Both the position numbers and the translations under genes were made by a program. A DNA stretch of 33,227 nucleotides from a virus (lineage: Duplodnaviria; Heunggongvirae; Uroviricota; Caudoviricetes). This document shows positions 8,103-16,413 of the stretch, piece by piece. The notes beneath the pieces were generated by a model that was given only the letters and a program-made list of their open reading frames with translations, searched no databases and was not told the DNA's origin. Where the stretch lies: positions 1-33,227 of the IMG/VR virus record IMGVR_UViG_3300045450_000131. The stretch is one strand, 5' to 3'. Every line of letters begins with the position of its first letter. The stretch's first letter is position 1.

Positions 8103-8459
8103 TTATTGCCCCTTTAAAAATAAACTTGCACGGTAGTTGAGTAACTTACGAAAGTTATTATAACCTGATTGTGCGCAATTTAACATCATTACGTCGTGGA
8201 TTCTATCTGGATTCAAAGTAGGGTAGTCAAAGATAACTGCAGCAATTCCCTCAATCGGAAACTCTACTTCTGACTTACTCATATTTTGCCTTATCGCGGC
8301 TTCAGAAACACCAACGCCTCTGACACCTGCTAAATCTTTTGCATATGATGCAACTTTTTGACAGTCTGACAGAGGCTTTGGAGGTGGTGTACTTGTACAC
8401 CCTGAAATCACTAAAGCTAAAATTGCTACTTGATAACCAACTTTTGGTTTGAACAGCAA
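8103..8459 (-). CDS. Lipoprotein of unknown function
   Basis: Hydrophobic stretch and lipobox ISGC, Pro-rich linker, two further Cys. Confidence 0.7.
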   Translation of the reverse strand: MLFKPKVGYQVAILALVISGCTSTPPPKPLSDCQKVASYAKDLAGVRGVGVSEAAIRQNMSKSEVEFPIEGIAAVIFDYPTLNPDRIHDVMMLNCAQSGYNNFRKLLNYRASLFLKGQ

Positions 8460-8782
8460 TCTAGCAACTCCTCATAAACGGTTGGGTCAATATTAATACA
8501 TCCCTTGGTAATCCTGCGCTGCTTTGGGTCTTTCGACTTTAGGCGTTCAGCTCGCTTTTCCCAAGGACGTAAAGTCCATACTCGGTGAATGGCATAGATT
8601 TCATGCTTATCTTCTTTGAATTGCAGAACATCACCGCCATACCCTGGGCTTTCAACCAGCCTCTGCTGAAGGGTAAATTCTCCACGAGGAGTATCACCAC
8701 CGATTAATACCGGATGACATGTTTCAATGTCATTCTTCATAAAGCAGATAGTAGCTAACGCTAAGCTAACGATTACCGACAT
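8426..8782 (-). CDS. Minimal L,D-transpeptidase (YkuD)-like catalytic domain
   Basis: TPRGEF, YAIH and ITKGCINI correspond to the YkuD H...[ST]xGCxN active-site motif; N-terminal hydrophobic segment. Confidence 0.7.
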   Translation of the reverse strand: MSVIVSLALATICFMKNDIETCHPVLIGGDTPRGEFTLQQRLVESPGYGGDVLQFKEDKHEIYAIHRVWTLRPWEKRAERLKSKDPKQRRITKGCINIDPTVYEELLDCCSNQKLVIK

Positions 8783-9210
8783 TATTCGCGAGGCTTCTTA
8801 ATTGGAACTTCCTTGTAGATCACAGGACCTGGAACTACAACTTCCTTCACGATAACAGATGGTGCTGGTTCAATCTTTGGGGTGAAGAACAGGTATTCAC
8901 CACGACCCATTTTAGGAGACCAATGATAGCCTTCACATGTAACATTGTTTTGTGAAACGCGCTTACATGGAACTTCAATAACACGTGGGTAAATCACCCC
9001 TGCGGTTGGATAGTATGGCATGTATTGAGGTGCATGGAAGATGTCATTCTGCAGCACCGGAATTGCATGCTCTACACCGCCTCGGCCTGGCGTACCAGAA
9101 CCAAGAGTTTCGCGATCAATACCCACCATTGGTTCATTGCGCAGAATTTGAGCATTCGCACCGATAGATGCAAAGGCCAGGATTGCAAGTAGATACTTCA
9201 TGGTGGTCAT
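8782..9210 (-). CDS. Exported protein of unknown function
   Basis: Sec signal (KYLLAILAFASIGANA), Cys pair, Val/Pro-rich tail ending KKPRE. Confidence 0.75.
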   Translation of the reverse strand: MTTMKYLLAILAFASIGANAQILRNEPMVGIDRETLGSGTPGRGGVEHAIPVLQNDIFHAPQYMPYYPTAGVIYPRVIEVPCKRVSQNNVTCEGYHWSPKMGRGEYLFFTPKIEPAPSVIVKEVVVPGPVIYKEVPIKKPRE

Positions 9211-9214
9211 CCTT

Positions 9215-9901
9215 TTATCGTGCTAGTGGAGCTAGACCCATACGCTGACGCACATAAGGATCAGTTGGTTCACCGGCTAGTGGAGCAGTAGTTACGCCAC
9301 GTGCAGCAGCTTGTCGTTCAGCTTGTTCAGTTTGTGGACAGACAAAACCAGTGATTTCTAAAGCTTTGCGGTTGGCGCTGTCTTCACACATACGCGCCAT
9401 TGCAGCCGCCTTCATACCCATGTTCCAGAGTTCACGGGAGTTCTTGAGCATCACGCAGTTTGCATCAGTCCAAGTAGTACCAAAGCCAACACCAAAGCCA
9501 GGACCGTTTGCTGAACCTGAGGTTGAACCCATACAGGTGTCATTTGAAGTTGTTAGTGGTGGGCCTGAAACTGAAGGCACGTTCTTTACGGTTTGTGAAC
9601 CCGAATAAACAATACGTTGTGTTTGATCACCAGAGACAGTGCTCTTTACATTCTGATCAATAGTGCCAGTTGTAACTGACTCGGTCTTGCCTGGCTGTGT
9701 GAAGGTAATTGCTTGGGTGTTGCCAGCATTCGAAGCTGTAGCATCGGCACCGCTTTTGACTTCGTTTGTAGAAACTGTTCCAGTGCCAAAACCACCAGCT
9801 GTTGGGCTGCCAATATTTGCTGTGTTGTTAGTAGTGGTATTTTGTGCAAATGCCCCACCGAAGGACATAGCAAGAGCCGCAACTAGAATAACTTTTTTCA
9901 T
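9215..9901 (-). CDS. Exported protein, Thr/Asn-rich N-half plus conserved 4-Cys C-terminal domain
   Basis: Sec signal MKKVILVAALAMSFGGAFA. Domain DTCMGSTSG...TTWTDANC..LKNSRELWNMGMKAAAMARMC resembles an uncharacterised proteobacterial secreted family. Confidence 0.8.
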   Translation of the reverse strand: MKKVILVAALAMSFGGAFAQNTTTNNTANIGSPTAGGFGTGTVSTNEVKSGADATASNAGNTQAITFTQPGKTESVTTGTIDQNVKSTVSGDQTQRIVYSGSQTVKNVPSVSGPPLTTSNDTCMGSTSGSANGPGFGVGFGTTWTDANCVMLKNSRELWNMGMKAAAMARMCEDSANRKALEITGFVCPQTEQAERQAAARGVTTAPLAGEPTDPYVRQRMGLAPLAR

Positions 9902-9929
9902 CTTAATAAATCCTAATGTAGGTGAGACA

Positions 9930-9955
9930 GAGTAAGAGGGTAAGCCCTCTTACTC
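9930..9955. terminator. 11-bp intergenic hairpin (attenuator or mRNA stabiliser)
   Basis: GAGTAAGAGGG-TAAG-CCCTCTTACTC; no U-tract on the minus strand, so it may allow read-through. Confidence 0.5.
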
Positions 9956-9964
9956 ACTTGCCGA

Positions 9965-10747
9965 TTAACGTGCGGAAGAAACGAAACCGTTAACGCTGGA
10001 GACTGCGTTGCCGTTAGCAGCGCTGTTCTGTAGAACGCCACCGACTGCAGAACCAGTGGAGGTGGAGGTGTTGAAGGTTGTACCTGCCTGGACGTTAACG
10101 CTGGTAGCAGCGTTCTTCACGTCGCCTTGGCTAACTTGTGTGCCGATACCGATTGGGGATAGAAGACCCTTAACAACGGTAGTGGTCTTGATGTCAGCAG
10201 AAGCCTTGCTGTCGAAGGCGGAAAGCTGACCACCGACTTGGGTGGAAGTGCCATTGCCAACAGAGACTGCACCAGTTGCAGTGTATGCATTGGAAGCACC
10301 GCTAACGGAACCTTGTGGGCCAGTACCAGTGGTGTGGAAAGCACCAGCACCTTGAGCAGCTGCAGTAGCAACACCGCCAGCAGCACCGAAAGCAGTTGCA
10401 CCACCAGTTGTGGAGGTAGCAACATCAGTGCGGTTGTAAGTTTCGGTAACACCGCTGACACCGACGTTGCCCGAGCGGGTGTCAGTGAAAGTGGTTACGC
10501 GATCGAAACCGGAACCGGTACCAGTTGAAGTAATGCTACCACCAGCAGCACCTTGAGTAGCAACTTCAGTACGAGCGTAGCCGACATTACCAACGGAAGA
10601 AACTGCTGAACCAGTGCCGTTTGAAGAAACAGCAGCGGTGGAACCTGAGACTAGAGTGTTAGCACCAGAAGCAGCTGCATTAACACCGTGTGCGGAAGCA
10701 ACACCAGCGGCTGCGAAGATAGCTAGAGCGATTAGGGACTTTTGCAT
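9965..10747 (-). CDS. Exported Gly/Ala/Ser/Thr-rich low-complexity protein (adhesin/curlin/S-layer-like)
   Basis: Start moved to ATG 10747 (AAAGGA RBS); Sec signal MQKSLIALAIFAAAGVASA; no Cys or Trp; pseudo-repetitive small-residue sequence. Confidence 0.75.
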   Translation of the reverse strand: MQKSLIALAIFAAAGVASAHGVNAAASGANTLVSGSTAAVSSNGTGSAVSSVGNVGYARTEVATQGAAGGSITSTGTGSGFDRVTTFTDTRSGNVGVSGVTETYNRTDVATSTTGGATAFGAAGGVATAAAQGAGAFHTTGTGPQGSVSGASNAYTATGAVSVGNGTSTQVGGQLSAFDSKASADIKTTTVVKGLLSPIGIGTQVSQGDVKNAATSVNVQAGTTFNTSTSTGSAVGGVLQNSAANGNAVSSVNGFVSSAR

Positions 10748-10870
10748 GAGAATTTTCCTTTGAGATTGCAATTTCAAAAGATAACATCAGAAGCTTCCGA
10801 CGAAATGTCAGATCTGTCATCAGAGTTATCAGCTAGTTTACCAACAATGTATCTTTATTAGTTGGTAGAA
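10748..10870 (-). promoter_or_regulatory. Structured ~120-nt 5' leader
   Basis: Hairpin TACCAAC/GTTGGTA, a three-way junction closed by GATAAC/GTTATC, and a near-perfect 20-bp palindrome next to the RBS. Confidence 0.5.
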
Positions 10871-10874
10871 GTTA

Positions 10875-10903
10875 ATTATACAATAGAGTTTGAGCTTTGG
10901 ACA
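10875..10903 (-). promoter_or_regulatory. Early-type promoter variant TGTCCA-N17-TATAAT
   Basis: One mismatch to the TGTACA consensus, exact spacing. Confidence 0.6.
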
Positions 10904-10928
10904 ACTTTATTTGCGTGGTTACGCATTT

Positions 10929-11696
10929 TTACAAAGGAGTGAAGCTGACTTCTTTAACTAAAACATACCGAGGAGTGTCTAGTGTGCAGTTGCCGCCGCG
11001 AATAATACTGTTTGATCCCCAGTGATTTATAAAAATTTGACTATCTCCATCTAGACCTATGTCTGCGGTCGATCCGAGGAGAGTGTCATTTCGATAAAAC
11101 GAGATTCCTTTGTCAGACCAAAGAATTTTATAGGTATGAAATTCCTCGTGAGGCGCTGGAGTGCTTTGAGGGTGCGAGACCATCTTGAAATTACTGCTGT
11201 CGTATTGACTTTTTGTAGCAATTAACCTGGTATATTTATAACGATCAGGCCCTTCGATCTCAAATTTAACCTCAGTGTTATTTCTAGATCGTAGACCAAA
11301 GCTAGTAATAGAGCCTGATATGTAGTCTCCAGTTCCTCTATACTCTGAGGAACTGGTTTTTACCACCCATGTATAGATACCTTTACCGTATGATTTTTTA
11401 GTAATAATTTCTGCGCCTGTCGAAACGCAGAGAAAGTCCCAAGTCCGAACTTGCCTCATCTTTAAAACCAAAAGGCCATTTAAAATGACCGCGTTGTATA
11501 ACTTGTAGATTGACTTTGAGTCGTGACTATTCCCGGGTGCATACATTTCTGATATGCACCATGTTTTTGCATTGACTTCTCTCTCGCCAAACGTGTCCAT
11601 CAAAAGAGGATTTTTTTGTTCTGTTTGTCTTTTTAGTAATGCAATTTCATCCGGGAAAAAGTTTGTCTTGAAAGATGCAAGCAGCCTTTTTAGCAT
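10929..11696 (-). CDS. GH16/ConA-like glycoside hydrolase family protein
   Basis: GSITSFGL...EVKFEIEG (cf. G.VTAFYL...EIDFEFLG), FHTYKILWSDKGISFY and INHW motifs; start ATG 11696 after AAGGAA. Confidence 0.65.
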   Translation of the reverse strand: MLKRLLASFKTNFFPDEIALLKRQTEQKNPLLMDTFGEREVNAKTWCISEMYAPGNSHDSKSIYKLYNAVILNGLLVLKMRQVRTWDFLCVSTGAEIITKKSYGKGIYTWVVKTSSSEYRGTGDYISGSITSFGLRSRNNTEVKFEIEGPDRYKYTRLIATKSQYDSSNFKMVSHPQSTPAPHEEFHTYKILWSDKGISFYRNDTLLGSTADIGLDGDSQIFINHWGSNSIIRGGNCTLDTPRYVLVKEVSFTPL

Positions 11697-11775
11697 CAAA
11701 AATTTCCTTGTCTATTCACATAAGAGTATTTAATTATAAGCCTAGACCTTAGATGGTAATTGTTACAAAATGATT

Positions 11776-11806
11776 AAAAAGAAAAAGGCCGCAATTGCGG
11801 CCTTTT
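11776..11806 (-). terminator. Intrinsic terminator
   Basis: AAAAGGCCGC-AATT-GCGGCCTTTT followed by a U-rich tract on the minus strand. Confidence 0.8.
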
Positions 11807-11808
11807 CA

Positions 11809-11913
11809 TTATAGCGGGTGATTGGGATCACGTCGCGCTTCTGATACGTCATAGGCATTCTTTCGAATACCGACTCCAATTTGTCTTACAAAGTTAAGAA
11901 ACCTCTTGATCAT
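11809..11913 (-). CDS. 34-aa peptide
   Basis: MIKRFLNFVRQIGVGIRKNAYDVSEARRDPNHPL; C-terminal part of track ORF 11809..11991. Confidence 0.4.
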   Translation of the reverse strand: MIKRFLNFVRQIGVGIRKNAYDVSEARRDPNHPL

Positions 11914-12151
11914 TTTGTTGAGCAGCCTTGCCTGCTCCCTCCAGGAATTCGCGGCCGCTGGTCTTAGCGGGCAGCTCGCCTTGTTTAGCAAGCTCTGCCA
12001 GACGCTTCAGCACATCTGGATTCTTGCGATACGTCCACCGCTTGCCATGGACGGGCGTGGTACGAGAAGGCCCCTTCTCACCATTTTGACGTGCCTTGCT
12101 GAATGTGCGGGCACGTTCGAGGTTGCGGGCGTTCTTGTTATTACGGCTCAT
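11894..12151 (-). CDS. Small basic hypothetical protein
   Basis: AAAGGA RBS; Arg/Lys-rich 85 aa. Confidence 0.75.
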   Translation of the reverse strand: MSRNNKNARNLERARTFSKARQNGEKGPSRTTPVHGKRWTYRKNPDVLKRLAELAKQGELPAKTSGREFLEGAGKAAQQNDQEVS

Positions 12152-12181
12152 TTATTTATTCCTTTTTAATAAGATGATTAA

Positions 12182-13327
12182 TTATACACTAACTTGAGCA
12201 AAATACCCATGTGAATCGAGTGATTCGAAAATTTTGTCCTTACGTTTGCTGTCAAGCGCATTACCCAGTTCCTTGCCTTCTAGCTCAGGAAAATCCTTCG
12301 CCTTCACACCTTCAGAATGGTGCAGGCCGCGCAGAATCTGCAAAGCTGTGTATGGGTGCTTAACTTCTTCAAATGTATTATTCACCCATTCTACAAACTC
12401 GATAAATTGCCCACACTTATATTGATCAGGATTCCAGGCCTTCAACCTCCTGAGGAGGTTGAATAGATCATGAACTGGAATTTTCTTATCAAGTTCATTG
12501 AAATATTTGTAATCCCTGAACAGATCACGAACTTCGTTATTAAAATACCGAGGATCGGTCGCACATAGCGCGATAAATGCACGGATTTTAAACTCCGTAA
12601 TATAAGCGTTTTCACCACCTAGCCGCCTGGCAAAGCCGCTAATCTCAAGGATACTTCGACGTGTGCCGGTGGTCATTTCAACAGTGCCAAAGGTATCCTT
12701 GAAGAACTTAATATTATCGAAGCAGTGCATCTTATACATCTGCTGGAAAAAGATATGTGGGTCAGTGCCTTCAAATACCTTGTAAAACTCTGCCACGAAG
12801 CGTTCTGCGGGCAGGTGATTGAGTTCCCCAGCATCGACAATGTTAACTGCCAAGTCCATAGTTGTGGGGTGAATTTCAAAACCTTCGTAATAGTAACGCG
12901 CGCAGAACCGAGCTAGACGTAACACTCGCAGCGGGTCTTCCTTAAATGCGTCGGATACATGGCGCAGAATACCATTCTTCAGGTCTTCTTGCCCACCATA
13001 CGGGTCAATAATATTACCTTGTTCATCCATCGCCATCGCATTGATGGTTAAATCGCGGCGCAGCAGGTCTTCCTCGAGAGTGACAGTAGGTGAAGCATCT
13101 ACAGTAAAGCCCAGGTAACCATTTCCCGTCTTGCGCTCAGTTCGAGCCAATGCATATTCATTGTTTGTTTCGGGGTGTAGAAAAACTGGGAAGTCCGCTC
13201 CCACCTTAATATAGCCACGCTCAAGCATGTCCTTCTCAGTCGCACCGACTACCACGTAGTCAAAGTCTTTAGGCTTAACGCCAAGCAGCATGTCACGGAC
13301 TGCACCACCAACAATGTAAACTTTCAT
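12182..13327 (-). CDS. cca: tRNA nucleotidyltransferase (CCA-adding enzyme, class II), lacking the HD domain
   Basis: [67 protein letters not shown]. Confidence 0.95.
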   Translation of the reverse strand: MKVYIVGGAVRDMLLGVKPKDFDYVVVGATEKDMLERGYIKVGADFPVFLHPETNNEYALARTERKTGNGYLGFTVDASPTVTLEEDLLRRDLTINAMAMDEQGNIIDPYGGQEDLKNGILRHVSDAFKEDPLRVLRLARFCARYYYEGFEIHPTTMDLAVNIVDAGELNHLPAERFVAEFYKVFEGTDPHIFFQQMYKMHCFDNIKFFKDTFGTVEMTTGTRRSILEISGFARRLGGENAYITEFKIRAFIALCATDPRYFNNEVRDLFRDYKYFNELDKKIPVHDLFNLLRRLKAWNPDQYKCGQFIEFVEWVNNTFEEVKHPYTALQILRGLHHSEGVKAKDFPELEGKELGNALDSKRKDKIFESLDSHGYFAQVSV

Positions 13328-13536
13328 TAAATTTCTCCGTTCATACGCAGGCGGGCGATTTCAATGAGGGCAATCTGCAGCTCACGAGAGCCCATTTCAC
13401 CGAAGCCAGAATCATAGTCGACGAGGTCATCTAGAATTTCCTTTGGAGACATGCCATTAAATGCATCTGCGAACCCGTTGTCTGCTGCATTTTCCAGAGC
13501 TTCCTCGACTTCTGCCGCGATTTGTGCTTCGTTCAT
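13327..13536 (-). CDS. Small acidic hypothetical protein
   Basis: 69 aa, follows an early promoter. Confidence 0.7.
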   Translation of the reverse strand: MNEAQIAAEVEEALENAADNGFADAFNGMSPKEILDDLVDYDSGFGEMGSRELQIALIEIARLRMNGEI

Positions 13537-13564
13537 TTTAACCTTTAAAGATTGGTATAAATGT

Positions 13565-13593
13565 ATTATACTGCTTTTGGCGTAATTTGTACA
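13565..13593 (-). promoter_or_regulatory. Early promoter TGTACA-N17-TATAAT
   Basis: Exact hexamers and spacing; drives the 13536 gene and cca. Confidence 0.75.
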
Positions 13594-13841
13594 TTCATTC
13601 TTTTGGCATTTCTTACAATGTCCTTTGATGAAATAACTTGAGCCCCATTCTCTTTAGCAAGTTTAAATTGCACTTCAGTGATGTCGTAGTGGCTCAAGTC
13701 ACCTTGAGAATGCCAGAAGTGAGGCTTAACTCCAATGCTATTGGCGAATAAAACTAGCTCTTCTTTAGTGTCTGCAACCATGTGAGAGTAAGACTTCTTA
13801 CCTCCCACCTTCTTGAATTTAGGCAAGTCTACGTAGATCAC
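13566..13841 (-). CDS. DUF4031 family protein
   Basis: IYVD...SHMVADTKEEL..FA..IG...W......HYDIT pattern. Confidence 0.8.
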   Translation of the reverse strand: MIYVDLPKFKKVGGKKSYSHMVADTKEELVLFANSIGVKPHFWHSQGDLSHYDITEVQFKLAKENGAQVISSKDIVRNAKRMNVQITPKAV

Positions 13842-14254
13842 CAGGCGAGTAGCTCTTTAATGTTAATTGCAAGTGAAAGTGTTGTATAGTTGGTGCCATC
13901 ATCAAGGATGTTCCAATAGTATGGATCACGAATATACTCGATTTTATCAAGCTTCAAGCGAATAGAGCTTTTAAACATAGTATCATTGAGCAAATCTTGA
14001 GCAAACAGATTTAGCGTGTTATGATCTAAAACTAATTTGACAATCACGTATTCATCATCGTCGCCAATATCAGCACACGTAACGCTGCAAATACTAATAT
14101 CGGTAATGCCAGTTTTGATTTGCATCATTGGCATATTAACAGCAAGGCGCGCGGCGGCGCTTTCTTTGGTTCGAGAAACCTTCTTATGCAGAAAAGCACG
14201 TTCCATTAGGACTTGACAATCCTTGTTTCGTTCAGCAATCTCAATAAACATCAA
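13838..14254 (-). CDS. Hypothetical protein
   Basis: 138-aa ORF overlapping its neighbours. Confidence 0.65.
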   Translation of the reverse strand: MMFIEIAERNKDCQVLMERAFLHKKVSRTKESAAARLAVNMPMMQIKTGITDISICSVTCADIGDDDEYVIVKLVLDHNTLNLFAQDLLNDTMFKSSIRLKLDKIEYIRDPYYWNILDDGTNYTTLSLAINIKELLAW

Positions 14255-14432
14255 AGTCCTTTAGTTGTTTGCGTAGCTTCTGCTTGTCTTTTTGCCGATT
14301 CGTATCCTTATCGGATTTCATGCGACCACCCCGCTTGCTCAGCAAGATGTCGTTAACTGCCTTGTTACGAGGCTTGGATTTTTCAACGACAATAATATCG
14401 TCATCTTCTGCAAAGGGCTTAATTTTGTACAT
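14241..14432 (-). CDS. Small basic hypothetical protein
   Basis: KPRN...KRGGRMKSDKD..R; directly after an early promoter. Confidence 0.65.
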   Translation of the reverse strand: MYKIKPFAEDDDIIVVEKSKPRNKAVNDILLSKRGGRMKSDKDTNRQKDKQKLRKQLKDFDVY

Positions 14433-14438
14433 AATGAA

Positions 14439-14468
14439 ATTATACCTTACTTAATATAATATGTACAC
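14439..14468 (-). promoter_or_regulatory. Early promoter GTGTACA-N17-TATAAT
   Basis: Exact motif. Confidence 0.75.
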
Positions 14469-14683
14469 TACACTTTAGTTAAGATTTGTAAAATCCACTC
14501 CCCATTTAATAAATCTAGCTCAGCGCTTTTAATCTGTGCGCCAGGAAATTTCTTCTGCACGTGTGCAATCATCCATTGCCTTTCATCAGGCAGCATGCCA
14601 AGAGGCTCATCTTTCGTCAAGTAAAGAAAGATGACGTCCTCTTGTTCGGGCGACACGTCAATCCTTAGCGTCGTCAGTGGCAT
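14468..14683 (-). CDS. Hypothetical protein
   Basis: 71 aa, GGAG RBS. Confidence 0.65.
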   Translation of the reverse strand: MPLTTLRIDVSPEQEDVIFLYLTKDEPLGMLPDERQWMIAHVQKKFPGAQIKSAELDLLNGEWILQILTKV

Positions 14684-15626
14684 TTACATCCTCCTTGCTA
14701 ATGACAAATGGCTTCACTTCCTTAAATGTATTCTCAGTGCTTTGATAGAACTTCCATTCCATCAAGTCAATGCAAGTAAGAGCCGCCCATTTCTTAGCGG
14801 GAATTTCATAGCCGCCGTGGCCTTTACTAACATATGACTGAGATGCACCGGTGTCAATGTTAGTTTGGTTTAATAGAGTAAATGGGCGTTGCATGATAGA
14901 GTGACCACTAATAATTTTAGACAGCTTGCCATCTTTAGCCTCAAGCTGCCTCTTAAATTTAACAGAGCGTGCAATCTTGGCTTTATTAGATAGATCAGCT
15001 TGAATAAACGACCCAAAATAGTAACGTGCCCACAAGAATGCCTCGCCATCTTCGGCATATGCAGTTGCTAGCTCTTTTACTTTTTCTTCACTAATTAGGT
15101 CTTCATCTGTAATGCCATCTTCTGTTGGCAGCACTTCAGCATGCAAGACGTGAATTTTTTCACCATTAGGCATGTTGATGGTGATTAGATATGGCAGCTC
15201 AGCAAGTAATTCGACTAAGTCAATAATATCTAGGTCTTGGTCTGTTGCTAAGATATTATTTGAGGCAAGCCTCGTGCCATTACGAATTTGTTGTTGTGAG
15301 CGATATACATTTAAGGCCTCTACACCCCAAAAACCGCCATTGGGTAACCAATATGATCCAGAGTATCCACCATAGAATGCCTCCATCATCATCTGCTCAT
15401 GGTTGCTCAAGACTGAATGAAACCACGGCTCGCGTAGAAGCTGCATGCACTGATAGCTGTCAGGCCCTCTATCAACTAAGTCACCGACAGAGAACATGCG
15501 GTCTTTCCCCGCATCAAAGTTAATATTTTCTAGTAAGTTTGTAAAACATGAAAAGGACCCATGCAGGTCCCCAATCACGTAATCCTTACCTGCTAAATTC
15601 GGTTCGAATGTTTTTAGAAATTTCAT
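14658..15626 (-). CDS. Metallophosphoesterase, PphA/lambda NinI-like Ser/Thr protein phosphatase
   Basis: GDLHG, GDLVDRG, SNHE, HA, GH and IDTG motifs. Confidence 0.9.
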   Translation of the reverse strand: MKFLKTFEPNLAGKDYVIGDLHGSFSCFTNLLENINFDAGKDRMFSVGDLVDRGPDSYQCMQLLREPWFHSVLSNHEQMMMEAFYGGYSGSYWLPNGGFWGVEALNVYRSQQQIRNGTRLASNNILATDQDLDIIDLVELLAELPYLITINMPNGEKIHVLHAEVLPTEDGITDEDLISEEKVKELATAYAEDGEAFLWARYYFGSFIQADLSNKAKIARSVKFKRQLEAKDGKLSKIISGHSIMQRPFTLLNQTNIDTGASQSYVSKGHGGYEIPAKKWAALTCIDLMEWKFYQSTENTFKEVKPFVISKEDVNATDDAKD

Positions 15627-16315
15627 CGTGTTACAGAGTTAAACATTTTATTTACCAGGTCAGTAAACATGCCGCTGAAGAGAGAAGCGATCCAGTCAAA
15701 GAACTTTAGGAGCATATCTTCGAACACTAGAGCTAGCGCATAGAAGGGGAACCAAAGTGTCCATGCCCCGATAAATGCTGCAAGTTTAGACTTGATGATG
15801 GTGACGTTCATTCGCAGATCATTAGGCTCGATTGGCTTCCCAAGCACGCCATGATCGACGTTGCTTGAATTAATTAGCAAATATGGCGGCACTTCATCGC
15901 AGCGATTATGATACTTACGAATGGTAAATTCTGGGGATTCGCGGTTGTCACGTTTATCAGAAATAAACCAATTTGCATACTCTAGCAGAAAATCTTGCCA
16001 CAGGTCCTTCAAATCTCGGGCCCCCTTGTAGGATTGGACGAAGAAGTTAATAACAGAGAATACTAGACCGCATGCAATATAGCCAATTACTAGCTTCCAC
16101 CATTCAACTTGTGCGAGGCTTTCTCCAAGAGTCCATCCCTGCCACTTAGATACACCTATAAAGACACCAATGCCTACAATGGTAATAAACCACTTTGCAC
16201 CGGGGTCTCCTCGATTGTCAACTGCACACGCACCGATCAACATAAGTGCAAGCACAACCAGAAAAACGGTTTCCCAGAGAACGAGTGTAATGCCCAAAAT
16301 AGTTAGAGGAAACAT
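15623..16315 (-). CDS. Multi-pass membrane protein
   Basis: Three N-terminal and one C-terminal hydrophobic helices; start moved to ATG 16315 (GGAG RBS). Confidence 0.75.
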   Translation of the reverse strand: MFPLTILGITLVLWETVFLVVLALMLIGACAVDNRGDPGAKWFITIVGIGVFIGVSKWQGWTLGESLAQVEWWKLVIGYIACGLVFSVINFFVQSYKGARDLKDLWQDFLLEYANWFISDKRDNRESPEFTIRKYHNRCDEVPPYLLINSSNVDHGVLGKPIEPNDLRMNVTIIKSKLAAFIGAWTLWFPFYALALVFEDMLLKFFDWIASLFSGMFTDLVNKMFNSVTR

Positions 16316-16342
16316 AAAAGGCTCCAAAGTTTGTATATGATG

Positions 16343-16372
16343 ATTATAACCTAATCATACGCCCGTGTACAC
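16343..16372 (-). promoter_or_regulatory. Early promoter GTGTACA-N17-TATAAT
   Basis: Exact motif, back-to-back with a plus-strand late promoter. Confidence 0.75.
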
Positions 16373-16378
16373 ACATTT

Positions 16379-16386
16379 TATAAATA
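16379..16386 (+). promoter_or_regulatory. T4-type late promoter TATAAATA
   Basis: Exact box 27 nt upstream of ATG 16414, with GGAG RBS between. Confidence 0.7.
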
Positions 16387-16413
16387 CAACCATCGACTTG
16401 GAGACTAACTTAC

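Noticed and set aside
10780-10830. Hammerhead-like CTGATGA in the structured leader
   Set aside because: Followed by GAAG rather than GAAA, stem II does not pair, and there is no UH cleavage site before stem I.
12181-12210. TATAAT at 12181 (also 11733 and 900) as further early promoters
   Set aside because: No TGTACA-like hexamer at the 17-nt spacing, so they are not counted.
14241-14432. ArfA-like ribosome rescue factor call for the small basic ORF
   Set aside because: Only compositional resemblance; the specific ArfA motifs are not evident.
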